Translations under genes and position numbers: made by a program | The notes under the pieces: generated by a model | Seen by the model: only the letters and a program-made list of their open reading frames with translations | What the model was told of the DNA's origin: nothing | Databases searched by the model: none | Shown: positions 51,477-62,231 of the stretch, in pieces | Numbering within the stretch: the first letter of the stretch is position 1 | Layout of the letters: each line of letters begins with the position of its first letter | DNA from: Minisyncoccota bacterium | GTDB lineage: Bacteria; Patescibacteriota; Minisyncoccia; Phycocordibacterales; UBA918 | Length of the DNA: 64,000 nucleotides | Assembly (NCBI GenBank): GCA_022841645.1 | Contig: JALHRC010000002.1 | Location: 36,846 to 100,845, forward strand | Direction of reading: 5' to 3'

Positions 51477-54400
51477 CTACCAGTCGTAGTTAAGTAGGGC
51501 GCGTGTTTGCGGCCCAACTGAGCCTGTTACAGTGAGGCCACGAGCTGCCTGGTACGCTTCTACAGCTTCTGTAGTAGCGTTATCGAAGTGACCTGTTACC
51601 GCTCCCGTGTAGTGACCGAGATCGGTCAAGAGCCACTGCAACGCCTCTACCTCATCGCCAGTAGCTCCTGCAGACAGTAATTGGGTGAAGTTTACTACCC
51701 GAGCAATACCTTGAACCTGGGCGCGCGGGTCACTTGCAATACCGCCCCAATCCGTTGCTGTAAGGTAGAACCACTGACCAATATTATTTTGGAAGTACGC
51801 CCTACCGTTGTAAATGAGGATAAGAACGCCCTCTCCTGTATAGCGTGAAGTTGAGCCGTTAAGTGCGATACGGTGTCCTAGACTATCGAAGTTCCCAAAC
51901 GACCAGCGGTTACCGGCAGCATCGGTTACAAAGCCACCTTGCTGTGGTTCCAAAGTAAGGCTTGTCCCGCCCGAACCACTAATAGACGGTGTGGGGCTAG
52001 TTGCAACTGGCTGCGGCACGTCCTCATTGAGCGGTTCGTCAGGGTCATTACCAATCACAAACCTAGCATCACCATTACTCCTAAGCGTGCTCGCCATATT
52101 TTGGTCAACGCCATTGAGAGCAACTGACTTAACATACAAGTTGCGGTCGGCGTCAGATGAACCACCCCAGGCATCATTGTAGTAGCGTACTACTAGGGTG
52201 CGTTCAGCACTCGTGAAGTCTCCCTTCACGTCAACATAGGTGATTTGCGAACGACGATTCTCTGCAAACACTGATCCGCCACCTATCTTCCTGCCATCAA
52301 GAAGGAGATCATACTGCGGTGGTGACACCCAAATATCTCCAGAGAGCGCGAGGCGCACCGTGTCGCTACCGGCACCAAACACAAGGACTTCAGAATTTGA
52401 TGATGGTGGTAGTTCCTCCTCATCTACAGGAACTGGTGGGGTACTAGTGGGTCCGCTACTACTATTCCAGCGACTACCACTGTAGGTAAACCATTTACCA
52501 TTAGTGTTTTGTGCGTACACTCGACCGCCGTTAGCAATGAGAAGGAGCACACCCGACGCCCCTCTAGTTAACGTGCCGTTGAGTGCAATGCGATGTCCGC
52601 TCGGACCGCTGCGCTCGCTGAATGTCCAGTTACCATGCTGAGAACGCACACTACCACCACTCAGCGGAGAAATTGAGCTGCCGTCTGGCGAAAGGGTTTC
52701 AGGGTCTCCGATTGATGTTCCTGGTGCGTCCGTAACAGCCACTGTCACTTCCTTAGTTGTTACTCCACTTAGATTTGCGCAGGTGACCTTGTAGGTTGTG
52801 CTCTGCAGTGGCGAGACAGTTGCACTGCCGCTCGTGCCAACCAGGGTAAAGCCCGAGGTAGCACATGTCGCAGCATCAGTACTTACCAGTGTGAGCGTAG
52901 TGCTCTGTCCCTTCTGAATACTGGTAGGGTTTGCTGTCAGCGAAGCAGTCGGAAGGGGTATGTTTGGGGTAGTGGTCTTAGTAAGGTAGGTCTCAACACT
53001 CCAACCATCAACGGTGGAGCTATCAAAATCGATTTTCCACCAGTTCTCGCCGTCAGCGACTTGCGAAGCCTCTAGCACTGCGCCGCGCGCGCCGAGTGGC
53101 TGGGTTCCGAGAAGCGAACCAGTCAAACTAGCAATGCTGCGCACATTAAGAACACTAGTTGTTTCGACACGATCGCCTGACTTAAAGAGGGTGCTTACCA
53201 CAGGAACCGACACGGTGACCGTGGTCTCAGCGCTGACCGTGCCACCACCACCAGTGCAGGTCACTTTGTAGGTGGTGGTTTCTGTCGGCATCACCGGAAG
53301 AAGACCACTTGTGCCCGAGACGGTAACTCCCGTGCCGGTACAACTTGTCACATTTTGGGTTACTAAAGTCAGAATGCTAGTCTGACCCCGTAGGATAGAA
53401 GAGGGAGTGGCAGTGAGACTGACTGTACTCACGGTCTCATTTCTTGAAATCACAAAGCTGGCTTCGCCATTTTGGGTAAGGCGCGCCGAGCGATTGAGAT
53501 CGCTGTCATTGAGTGCTAGTGACTTTACGTACAGGTTACGGTCGGTGTCAGATGAGCCCCCCCACGCATCATTATAGAATTGAATGACGAGGGTGTGCGA
53601 CCGGCCGTCACTGAAGTCGCCGTGGACATTGATGTATTCAATCTGGCCAAGCTTTTCATTGGCTGCTACTCGACCACTGCCGATGTTTTTGCCATCAAGC
53701 AGCACATTGAAGCCCGGCAGATCGCCCCACAGGTCACCTGAGAGACCTACCTTCAAAATATCTGAGCCCTCACCAAACTTAGTGGGGTCAGTTGGAACGG
53801 TAGGGGTAGTGGGGGTAGTCGGGGTAGTAGGCTCGGTTGGTGCGGTAGGGGTAGCGGGGGTGCGGGGGTCACCACCATAGTGGGGACGCCAGTCATTATT
53901 TTCCCAGTAGTACCACCAATCCCTCTTCGTGGCCAAAAAGGCCCTTCCTCCATTGAGGATGTAGATGCCGGTACCGTACCCACCACCAGCTGGGTTTCCG
54001 TTGAGATACGTGCGGGTACCCAGATCATTTGTTTCCGTGCCAAAAGTCCACACGCCTTCCGGAGTAGAAACTGAAGTTCCTCCAGGCACAAGGACTGAAC
54101 CATCAGGTGATACAGGGTTAGCACTGAAGCGGATTCGCTTGAGGTCACCAGCAAAGTCAAGTGGCCCACCGGCTCCGGTGCATATAACCATGTAATCTGA
54201 CTGCTTTTTGGGAGTAACCTTTATACTGCCGCTCGTACTATTTACTACAAAATCAGGATCAAGACTTGTTCCCGTACACCTCCGAGCATTTTGACTCGAC
54301 CATGTAAGTGTAACCTGTTCACCATCTACCACCAGAGAACGATCGCTGGTAAGAGTAACTCTGACCGTGGTGGGTGCCATAGGAGCGATGGGTTGTTTTG

Positions 54401-56477
54401 GCACAATGTTAAAGGTTGGTTCCTTGGACATATTAGCGGCATCAGTATATGAAGGTTGCGCAGTCTTAAGCCACGCATAGGCCTTCTTAGCGTTTTCATC
54501 ACCAAGCGTATCAGCAAGCAGCGCCATGCTCATGATTCCAAGCTGACCAAAGTAACCATTGCTCTGCGTCCAGCCGCTGAAACCATTCGAGTCCCAGGCG
54601 ATTCCATGAGCACCCATATCACGCCAACTGGTAAGTCGCTTATATTCACCAGTTGGTTGCCTGGGATTGTTTGGAATATTGTGATTTACACCATCGCGCG
54701 GATTAAAGCCATTGTCAGCATTCATGAAGCGTCCCACATACCAATTCTTTGACCACTCCAGATACGGCTTCACATTGGTAAAGCCAAAGTTATAGGCTTG
54801 TACCAAAGTCGAAAGAAGAAAATCATTCTGCCATGGTGACATCGCTTGATTGTTCCAATAGGCATAACCTAGATTGTACCCGTGAATGTCTCCCTGTAGC
54901 GTAGTACGTGATGCCATCTGACTCTTTAACCACTCAATGTTGTTGTTCGAAATTTTAGTGAAGTAGGTTTTTTCTGGTGAACCATCAGGGTTAGCCCACG
55001 CTGCTTGAATCACTCCACGAAGACCCCAGGCACCGCCACGTATCTCAAAGGCACTTGATACAATAATGCCCTTTTCGTGAAATCGAGCATTTCCATATTC
55101 CTCTCCCGACGGCCACGATGACATAATGTTCCATGAGGCAGCAGCGTTGAGTTGATCAAGCAGATAGCGCTTGCCAGTGAAGAGGTACGGAACAAAATTG
55201 AGACTCGGCTGGTGTGAGCTGTCGGGACCCCAGCCATGGCCATCAGCAGGAAGTTGGGTAGGGCGGCCACTGTTTCGATCGCCCGGTACACCAGCAGGCT
55301 CACCGCGTCCATCAATCCACAACTTAGGGTAGTGATCAGTGTTCAACCAGGTGTTGTTAGCGGCGTCCCAGTAGTGCCAAGTGATGGCAGCAGCACCATT
55401 GGCTTGACCGAGACCCATCTTCGCTGAAATAGGGTGCTGCGTCATGATCCAAGCGGTGTTCCAGAGAGTGTGAACGCCAATGTCTGGACGGCCGCCAGCC
55501 ATTCCCATTGCCTTCGCGATCCAGTTTGCCTCAAATGGCTTATTCCAGTTAGCACTACTGACCGCTTCGTTCATCCGGTTAATGAGACTTTGATCAACCC
55601 CGTTAGTGAGATCATAGTTCGCTACCGCCCCCGTACTGATGATGTAGGGTACGTCACGCTGTACGTTTATCTCGGCCGACGCCGGCTTGCTCCAGACCTC
55701 TTGGTGCCATTGCTGGTACTGGTAGTGGGTGAGGGTTGGGTGACTTACGACAGTTCTACCATCGTTGCTAATCGTGGCCGCATATCTGAGGGTGCCGCCC
55801 GTTGCCGTCATGGCCCGGTCATTGTTAAACATGATGTCAGCCCAGTAGGTACCGTCACTGTACTTTGCGAGGTCGACGACGAGACGCAGTGAGGAGGTGA
55901 CGTAGATGTCGATGCGGCCTTCGGTCACGATGGGTCCTTGGCGCCAGTAGGTGACTTTGCCAGCTGCAAGTTCCCGGGCAAAGATGCTCGCGAGGTCGTA
56001 GGTGAAGGTCCCACCACCTTGGATGGCGATAGTGACGTCCATATCAAGACCGGAGAGGCTCGAAAGAGAAATCGGGGTGCCGCTCTTAGCGGCACTCATG
56101 AGCATGGAAGGATTTGCGGTGTTGGCAGAAAGGGTGGGGGCGACTGCCGAGACGACGCCAAACTTCACCGAACCGTCAGCATGGCGGGTCTTCACGTCAA
56201 TCTGGGCGGGAATGGTGCTGCCGTTCACCTTGAGAGCAACACCACTGTTGCCCCCGAGGTCACCTTCTTTAAAGACCTGGCCGAACTGGACGGGACCAGA
56301 GGGTATGCTGGTGCTCGTAGGGTTTTGGAGGTTCATCCCGACGATGTCAGTACTCCCTGAGGGTTGGGGGACGGAAGGGGCTTTGACCTGGGCGTGGGTG
56401 GTGATAGGAAGAATGAGCGCGCCAGCTAACAGTAGTAGGAAGGGGAGAATAAAAGAGGGGCGAGAAGAAGTAATCAT
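51477..56477 (-). CDS. Large modular secreted protein: putative carbohydrate-active N-terminal domain, two CBM60-like modules, Ig/PKD-like and SH3-like domains, C-terminal peptidoglycan-binding domain
   Basis: Signal peptide from ATG 56477; GGRPDIG and DSSHQP motifs; NDAWGGSSD.DRNLYV twice; PT linker; LNVRS..GENWWKIDF; GDEVEALQ..TGHFDNAT.EAVEAYQ..TGSVGPQTRA (PG_binding_1 pattern). Confidence 0.8.
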   Translation of the reverse strand: MITSSRPSFILPFLLLLAGALILPITTHAQVKAPSVPQPSGSTDIVGMNLQNPTSTSIPSGPVQFGQVFKEGDLGGNSGVALKVNGSTIPAQIDVKTRHADGSVKFGVVSAVAPTLSANTANPSMLMSAAKSGTPISLSSLSGLDMDVTIAIQGGGTFTYDLASIFARELAAGKVTYWRQGPIVTEGRIDIYVTSSLRLVVDLAKYSDGTYWADIMFNNDRAMTATGGTLRYAATISNDGRTVVSHPTLTHYQYQQWHQEVWSKPASAEINVQRDVPYIISTGAVANYDLTNGVDQSLINRMNEAVSSANWNKPFEANWIAKAMGMAGGRPDIGVHTLWNTAWIMTQHPISAKMGLGQANGAAAITWHYWDAANNTWLNTDHYPKLWIDGRGEPAGVPGDRNSGRPTQLPADGHGWGPDSSHQPSLNFVPYLFTGKRYLLDQLNAAASWNIMSSWPSGEEYGNARFHEKGIIVSSAFEIRGGAWGLRGVIQAAWANPDGSPEKTYFTKISNNNIEWLKSQMASRTTLQGDIHGYNLGYAYWNNQAMSPWQNDFLLSTLVQAYNFGFTNVKPYLEWSKNWYVGRFMNADNGFNPRDGVNHNIPNNPRQPTGEYKRLTSWRDMGAHGIAWDSNGFSGWTQSNGYFGQLGIMSMALLADTLGDENAKKAYAWLKTAQPSYTDAANMSKEPTFNIVPKQPIAPMAPTTVRVTLTSDRSLVVDGEQVTLTWSSQNARRCTGTSLDPDFVVNSTSGSIKVTPKKQSDYMVICTGAGGPLDFAGDLKRIRFSANPVSPDGSVLVPGGTSVSTPEGVWTFGTETNDLGTRTYLNGNPAGGGYGTGIYILNGGRAFLATKRDWWYYWENNDWRPHYGGDPRTPATPTAPTEPTTPTTPTTPTVPTDPTKFGEGSDILKVGLSGDLWGDLPGFNVLLDGKNIGSGRVAANEKLGQIEYINVHGDFSDGRSHTLVIQFYNDAWGGSSDTDRNLYVKSLALNDSDLNRSARLTQNGEASFVISRNETVSTVSLTATPSSILRGQTSILTLVTQNVTSCTGTGVTVSGTSGLLPVMPTETTTYKVTCTGGGGTVSAETTVTVSVPVVSTLFKSGDRVETTSVLNVRSIASLTGSLLGTQPLGARGAVLEASQVADGENWWKIDFDSSTVDGWSVETYLTKTTTPNIPLPTASLTANPTSIQKGQSTTLTLVSTDAATCATSGFTLVGTSGSATVSPLQSTTYKVTCANLSGVTTKEVTVAVTDAPGTSIGDPETLSPDGSSISPLSGGSVRSQHGNWTFSERSGPSGHRIALNGTLTRGASGVLLLIANGGRVYAQNTNGKWFTYSGSRWNSSSGPTSTPPVPVDEEELPPSSNSEVLVFGAGSDTVRLALSGDIWVSPPQYDLLLDGRKIGGGSVFAENRRSQITYVDVKGDFTSAERTLVVRYYNDAWGGSSDADRNLYVKSVALNGVDQNMASTLRSNGDARFVIGNDPDEPLNEDVPQPVATSPTPSISGSGGTSLTLEPQQGGFVTDAAGNRWSFGNFDSLGHRIALNGSTSRYTGEGVLILIYNGRAYFQNNIGQWFYLTATDWGGIASDPRAQVQGIARVVNFTQLLSAGATGDEVEALQWLLTDLGHYTGAVTGHFDNATTEAVEAYQAARGLTVTGSVGPQTRALLNYDW

Positions 56478-56670
56478 GAATATATTTTTAAAGGTAAACT
56501 TTGTACGACAACTTGCGTCCACCACGCACACAAGCTTTTACAGCACGTCTGATTAAATTTTGTAATGTTTCATCAATAACGAACAAGACCTTCCAGGCCT
56601 ATACCTGAAAGTAAGAGTAGCAGGTGAGAGGCTGCTACACACAGCCTTGTCCCCACGTTATGCACAGTGC

Positions 56671-56964
56671 TTAGCTTTTACCACTAGGTCGATTGAGTCG
56701 TTGCACCGGGCTCACTACATTAGGGTTCCACTGCGCGGTGATTGCTCCATGCTCTTTTTCAAACTCTGCTACTTGATGAGCAAGGTACTGCGCAAACCGC
56801 TTGGCGTGCTGTGGAGTGATGGCGTAGACCACACCCGCCTCACCAGAACTGAGTGCCATAGCAAAATACTCAGGTGTATAAGCAAGTTGAATAGACTCAC
56901 AAAACTCTTTTGGCTCGTTGCGAAAATCTTCAGCTGAAAGTGGCATACCGAGATATTCTATCAT
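56671..56964 (-). CDS. DUF3467-like small protein (start may be 56946)
   Basis: TPQHAKRFAQYL..QVAEFEKEHGAI pattern. Confidence 0.6.
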   Translation of the reverse strand: MIEYLGMPLSAEDFRNEPKEFCESIQLAYTPEYFAMALSSGEAGVVYAITPQHAKRFAQYLAHQVAEFEKEHGAITAQWNPNVVSPVQRLNRPSGKS

Positions 56965-57055
56965 GTCATTTTGACAAGAAAACTTTGCTAAAACTTTGGT
57001 ACCAATACTAAATTAAAATTAGCGCTATCTTGCCTATTTTCTGCGCTCAACAGTT

Positions 57056-57095
57056 AGATTCTTCTTACTATCATATATGATAGTAAGAAGAATCT
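57056..57095. repeat. Perfect 40-bp loopless palindrome
   Basis: AGATTCTTCTTACTATCATA|TATGATAGTAAGAAGAATCT. Confidence 0.9.
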
Positions 57096-57260
57096 TTGTA
57101 AAAGCATCCGCCCAACTCACCCCGCGACAGAGCAAGGCGTGGCATTACATGGGTGGTTACAGCTATCTGGGAGATAATAGGTGTAAGGGTGTTTTTGCTA
57201 GCATAGGTGCCACCGCAACGATTTACATTTATTGCAATCGTGGCATACTAGCAGTTACGT

Positions 57261-59705
57261 ATGCATAAAAAGTTCGACGCGGGTGCCATTGAAAAAAAGT
57301 GGCAAGAAGAATGGTGTGCGAGTGGCACCTACGACGTCGATGAGCGCCGCGGTGAGAAAGAGAAGGAATATGTCTTAGTCGAGTGGCCCTACCCGTCGGG
57401 CAACCTTCATATCGGTCACTGGTACGCCTTCGCCGTACCGGACATCTATGTGCGCTACCGCCGCATGACCGGTAAGCAGGTGATCTACCCTATGGGATTT
57501 GATGCTTTTGGGCTGCCGGCCGAAAATGCCGCTATCAAGCGCAATATAAATCCTCGTACGTGGACCGAGAGCAACATCGAATTTATGAAGGGCCAGCTCG
57601 AGAGCATGGGTAATGCCTTTACCTGGAACAAAACAGCCAGCTCAACCGACCCTGAATACTATCGCTGGACGCAGTGGATGTTTACGCAATTTTTTGAAAA
57701 GGGGATCGCCTATCGTGGAAAAGGCGTGGTGAATTGGTGTCCCGGATGCAATACCGTTATCGCCAACGAACAGGTGCTCACTGACGGCACCTGTGAACGC
57801 TCTGGAGACCTGATTGAAAAACGAGAGATGCCACAATGGATGCTCCGGATCACCGACTACGCCGACCGTCTCATCGACGATCTCGATGCCCTCGATTGGC
57901 CCGAACATATCAAAGAGGCACAACGACAGTGGATTGGCAGAAGTCGCGGTGCTGAGATCGATTTTAAGTTAAAAATCGGAAAGGAGGAATTAAATAATGA
58001 GGTAGTCACCGTGTTTACCACCCGACCTGACACGCTCTGCGGAGCCACCTTTTTAGTACTGGCTCCCGAGCACCCACTGCTAAATGCAAATCATTTGCAT
58101 ATCGGAAACTGGGCTGAGGTAGAGGCCTACGTTGCTGCCTCTAAACAAAAAGATGAGCAGGATCGCCTCGACGCGACCAAGGAGAAGACAGGCGTAAAAC
58201 TTGAAGGGATTACCGCCATTAATCCTAGTAGTGGCGAGAAGATTCCCGTTTTTATCGCTGACTACGTACTAAGTACCTACGGAACAGGTGCCATTATGGC
58301 TGTTCCGGCACACGATGAGCGTGACTTTGTATTTGCTGGTAAATTTAACCTTCGTGAAATTGAAGTGGTAGAGCCCCAAGAAAAGTTGGGTGACGAATTA
58401 CATATTAGAGAAGGTAGACATAGAAAATGCTGGTCAGGACCAGGAATTTTAAAAAATTCTGGCGAATTTGATGGGATGGATTCTGAAGTCGCCAAGGAAG
58501 CGATCACGAAGAAGGTGGGTGGTCGGATGAGTAACACCTACCGTCTACGTGATTGGTCGATTGGCCGCCAACGCTACTGGGGCGTGCCGATTCCAATTGT
58601 GTATGACCCAGAAGGGAAGGCACATCCCGTACCCAAGGAGCATTTGCCATGGCTCCTTCCTGAAGATGTTGACTTCACTCCTACCGGTGAGGCGCCGCTC
58701 GCTAAAAGCGCGACACTAAGAGAGCGCACTGAAGAGATTTTTGGCGCGGGCTGGACCCCTGAAGTTGAGACCATGGACACGTTTGTTGATTCTTCATGGT
58801 ATTTCCTCCGCTACGTCGACAATCACGACGACACATCGCTTTCTAGTCTCACCGCGCAAAAGGACTGGCTACCAGTCGACATCTACTTTGGCGGTGCCGA
58901 GCACACCACTATGCACCTCCTGTACTCACGCTTTTGGCAGAAGGCACTCTTTGACCTTGGTCTTGCCGCCCACCCCGAACCATACAAGAAGCGCATCAAT
59001 CGCGGCCTCATCCTTGGCCCCGATGGAAATAAGATGAGCAAGAGTAAGGGCAATGTCATCGACCCAGATGAACAAGTAAAGCTCGTGGGTGCTGACACCG
59101 TGAAAATGTACCTGGCCTTTATGGGTCCCTACGAAGGCAACAATTACCCGTGGGATATGGGTGGCATTGCTGGGCTACGTCGCTTTCTTGAGCGCGTCTA
59201 TGGTCTTACTGAGAACATTGTGGGCGTTGAAAGTGAGGGAGTCACGCGGCAGCTCCATAAAACTATCAAAAAAGTTGGAGAGGATGTCGTACAGTTTAAA
59301 TTTAACACCGCAGTATCGGCGATGATGATTTTTGTAAACTATGCCGAAAAAGTGGGTCTCACGACGTCCACCCTCGACCTCTTCCTGCGGACCCTAGCAC
59401 CCTTTGCCCCGCACCTCACCGAAGAGCTGTGGCATGAGCGAGGGCATACAACTTCCATCCATGAGGAGTCATTCCCGGTCTATGACGAAGCGCTCGCCGT
59501 CGATACCGAAATCACGCTCGGAGTGCAGGTAAACGGCAAGCTGCGTGGGACTATTTCCGTCTCCCCTGACGCTAGTGAGGCCGAGGTGCTCAAGGCGGCG
59601 CTTGCTGAGACGTCCATCGCTGGCCGCATCGGAGCAGGGGGGCCGACCAAGGTTATTTACGTGCCCGGGAGGATTTTAAACCTCATCGCCCCTGAGGGGG
59701 GATAA
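57261..59705 (+). CDS. leuS: Leucine--tRNA ligase
   Basis: PYPSGNLHIGH, GFDAFGLPAENAA, editing-domain FTTRPDT and GTGAIMAVPAHD, KMSKS. Confidence 0.98.
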   Translation: MHKKFDAGAIEKKWQEEWCASGTYDVDERRGEKEKEYVLVEWPYPSGNLHIGHWYAFAVPDIYVRYRRMTGKQVIYPMGFDAFGLPAENAAIKRNINPRTWTESNIEFMKGQLESMGNAFTWNKTASSTDPEYYRWTQWMFTQFFEKGIAYRGKGVVNWCPGCNTVIANEQVLTDGTCERSGDLIEKREMPQWMLRITDYADRLIDDLDALDWPEHIKEAQRQWIGRSRGAEIDFKLKIGKEELNNEVVTVFTTRPDTLCGATFLVLAPEHPLLNANHLHIGNWAEVEAYVAASKQKDEQDRLDATKEKTGVKLEGITAINPSSGEKIPVFIADYVLSTYGTGAIMAVPAHDERDFVFAGKFNLREIEVVEPQEKLGDELHIREGRHRKCWSGPGILKNSGEFDGMDSEVAKEAITKKVGGRMSNTYRLRDWSIGRQRYWGVPIPIVYDPEGKAHPVPKEHLPWLLPEDVDFTPTGEAPLAKSATLRERTEEIFGAGWTPEVETMDTFVDSSWYFLRYVDNHDDTSLSSLTAQKDWLPVDIYFGGAEHTTMHLLYSRFWQKALFDLGLAAHPEPYKKRINRGLILGPDGNKMSKSKGNVIDPDEQVKLVGADTVKMYLAFMGPYEGNNYPWDMGGIAGLRRFLERVYGLTENIVGVESEGVTRQLHKTIKKVGEDVVQFKFNTAVSAMMIFVNYAEKVGLTTSTLDLFLRTLAPFAPHLTEELWHERGHTTSIHEESFPVYDEALAVDTEITLGVQVNGKLRGTISVSPDASEAEVLKAALAETSIAGRIGAGGPTKVIYVPGRILNLIAPEGG

Positions 59706-59782
59706 GGGTGTTGACCGTCGGAGAATGGTATGTTATAAATATTCGCGCATCATTTAAGGAATTAGAGATTATAACCATCAAT

Positions 59783-60808
59783 ATGATCACCTTTAAGCCA
59801 AAACAAGTCACCAAAGCACTGCTCTCAGTGCTGCCGGAACGTGCCCGCGATGTCCTTGAAAAGCGTTACGGCCTACGACCTGACGGCGAGGTGTATACCC
59901 TTGAGGCGATTGGCCAGTCCTACGGCATCACCCGCGAGCGCGTGCGCCAGATCGAGAACTACGGCATTGCGGCCGTGCAAAAGTCTGAGGAATACAAGAA
60001 AAATTATGACCTCTTTATTGAGCTACAAAAGCTCATTGATCAGTTGGGTGGGGGAGTGATCGCCGAGCACGTACTCCTCGATGAACTCTCAAACGACCCA
60101 ATTGTCCGTAACCACCTCTATTTCCTGCTCGTCGTGGGTGATCCGTTTTATCGTGGCAAAGAAACCCCTCACTACACCCACCGCTGGTTTACCGAGAAAA
60201 AGGTGGCTGAGGGCGTAGAGAAGGCGCTTATCGGCGTGCATCAGTCGCTCAAGCGCGATGAACTTGTCTCAGAAGCTGAAATTATTCAGCGCTTCCGCAC
60301 CGAGCTCGCTGGCATTGCCGAGCGCCACAACGAGGAGGTGCTCAAGCGCTGGCTTTCCATGAGCAAGCAAATTGGCCGCAACCCCCTTGGTGATTGGGGT
60401 CCAGCTGATAGCCCCAACATCCGTGTGAAGGGTATTCGTGATTACGCCTATCTTACGGTAAAACGCCACGGCTCTCCCATGCATTTCCGTGAAGTAGCTG
60501 AAGCAATTTCTGAACTGTTTGGTCACCAGGCCCACATCGCTACCACGCACAACGAACTTATCAAGGACTCGCGCTTTGTCCTCGTTGGCCGCGGTCTTTA
60601 TGCACTCACTGAGTGGGGCTACACCGCTGGTGTGGTGAAGGAGGTGCTGCGCGATATTCTGAAAACCGAAGGTCCACTCTCGCGCGAGGAACTCATCGAC
60701 AAGGTGAAAAAAGAGCGTTACGTGAAAGACAACACCATTATCGTAAACTTGCAGGATGTGAATTTGTTTAAGCGGCTGAGTAACGGGACCTACACGCTCG
60801 CTGACTAA
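59783..60808 (+). CDS. Sigma70 region-4-like HTH protein with C-terminal winged-helix (HARE-HTH/RpoE-like) domains
   Basis: TLEAIGQSYGITRERVRQIE at the N-terminus; PMHFREV..THNELI..RFVLVGRGLYAL; no sigma region 2. Confidence 0.75.
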   Translation: MITFKPKQVTKALLSVLPERARDVLEKRYGLRPDGEVYTLEAIGQSYGITRERVRQIENYGIAAVQKSEEYKKNYDLFIELQKLIDQLGGGVIAEHVLLDELSNDPIVRNHLYFLLVVGDPFYRGKETPHYTHRWFTEKKVAEGVEKALIGVHQSLKRDELVSEAEIIQRFRTELAGIAERHNEEVLKRWLSMSKQIGRNPLGDWGPADSPNIRVKGIRDYAYLTVKRHGSPMHFREVAEAISELFGHQAHIATTHNELIKDSRFVLVGRGLYALTEWGYTAGVVKEVLRDILKTEGPLSREELIDKVKKERYVKDNTIIVNLQDVNLFKRLSNGTYTLAD

Positions 60809-60902
60809 CGATTTCCGCACAAAGAGCGCCCCATTCTACAGGGACGCGTACTCCCACTACACCCCGCCACACCCTGGCGGGGTGTAGTACAATACCCACA
60901 AC

Positions 60903-62231
60903 ATGAAGGCGTTTTTCGAAGTACTCTTCGACCAAGCAGCCGTTCCGGTGGGCTTAGCCGCCTCGGCGTTTGTGCTGTACTGGTTTTTTACCACCACCAA
61001 CGTTCCGATCGAGGGCGTCGTATCAATCGTTGTAGCCCTCTCACCCCTCTGGCTTCCCTACGTGCTTTTTCATCTAACATTTGAGACGTGGATAGACTAC
61101 GTGCGCCTCAAATGGATAGTGAAGACCGGACGCAGCACGCTGCGCATCAAGCTGCCGCCTGAAGTATTTAAATCACCCGAAGCCATGGAGAGCGTTATCC
61201 AAAACCTCCACAGCGGTGGGGCGGGGGAGAACCTGATGGAAACATTTATCGACGGGGTGCATGCCTACAACATCACCTTTGAGCTGGTTTCAATTGGTGG
61301 TGACGTGCGCTTTTACGTCAATTGCCCTACGAAGAAAGTGAAAAACTCTATCGAGGCGCTCCTCTACGGCCAGTATCCTGGTATCGAGGTAACCGAGGAA
61401 ACAATAGACTACACTGCCGAGATTACTTGGGACCCTGAACGTTATACCTACCTGTCCTTCCACATCAACAAGAAGGAAGATGAGATTTTGCCTATTAAAA
61501 CCTACATCGACTTCGGTCTCGACAAGCTACCAAAAGAAGAAGAGAAGTTTGAACCAATGACCGCCATGATCGAACAGCTGGCGCGTGTAAAACCACACCA
61601 GCGGCTGTGGGTGCAGATCGTCACGCGCGGCCACGGCAAGAAAAATATTCTTACCGGCCATTGGCACGAGTCAGGCACGTGGGTAAAAGCAATTGAAAAG
61701 AAAAAGGCTGAACTGCTCTTGCGTGATAAGCAAAGTAAGGTAGCGGACAGTGAGCTGCAGCCACGTCTTTCAAAGGGTGAGCAGGACACCATTGCCGCCA
61801 TGGAGCGGAATGGCAGCAAGTTCGCCTTCGAGACTGCCATCCGCATGTTTATGGTGGCTCCAAAAGAGCATTTTGATACCGACCTTGTGACGCCCATGCT
61901 GCGCTCTTTTAACCAATACGGCATGTTTGGCCGTAACGATATCGGCGTACGGTGGCGAGCCAACTTTGACTATAACTTTTTCTCTGATCCTTTCGGCAAA
62001 AAGCGAAATGCGTGGAAACGAAAGGAATTGCGCGACTACAAGCTCCGCGAGTACAACGTCCGCAATCACCCCAGTAAGTCTGATGCTCACAAGGTGTTTT
62101 CGGCTGAGGAATTGGCAACGATATTTCACATCCCTGGTACGGCCATTATTAGCCCCGGCATCTCACGAGTACAATCGACCCGCAAGGAGGCGCCGCCTAA
62201 TTTACCGACTGGTCTTGGTGTTCGCGTATGA
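60903..62231 (+). CDS. Conserved hypothetical membrane protein
   Basis: Two N-terminal TMs; KSPEAME, YGQYPGIE, PIKTY and EELATIFHIP motifs. Confidence 0.75.
   Translation: MKAFFEVLFDQAAVPVGLAASAFVLYWFFTTTNVPIEGVVSIVVALSPLWLPYVLFHLTFETWIDYVRLKWIVKTGRSTLRIKLPPEVFKSPEAMESVIQNLHSGGAGENLMETFIDGVHAYNITFELVSIGGDVRFYVNCPTKKVKNSIEALLYGQYPGIEVTEETIDYTAEITWDPERYTYLSFHINKKEDEILPIKTYIDFGLDKLPKEEEKFEPMTAMIEQLARVKPHQRLWVQIVTRGHGKKNILTGHWHESGTWVKAIEKKKAELLLRDKQSKVADSELQPRLSKGEQDTIAAMERNGSKFAFETAIRMFMVAPKEHFDTDLVTPMLRSFNQYGMFGRNDIGVRWRANFDYNFFSDPFGKKRNAWKRKELRDYKLREYNVRNHPSKSDAHKVFSAEELATIFHIPGTAIISPGISRVQSTRKEAPPNLPTGLGVRV

Noticed and set aside
53790-53870. Short tandem GGGGTAGT-like repeats
   Set aside because: They encode the Pro/Thr linker (PTTPTTPT) of the large minus-strand protein and are not an independent repeat element.
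57096-57260. T-box riboswitch upstream of leuS
   Set aside because: I found no T-box consensus (AAGGTGGTACC-like) or terminator/antiterminator pair, and a -10-like element lies close to the ATG.
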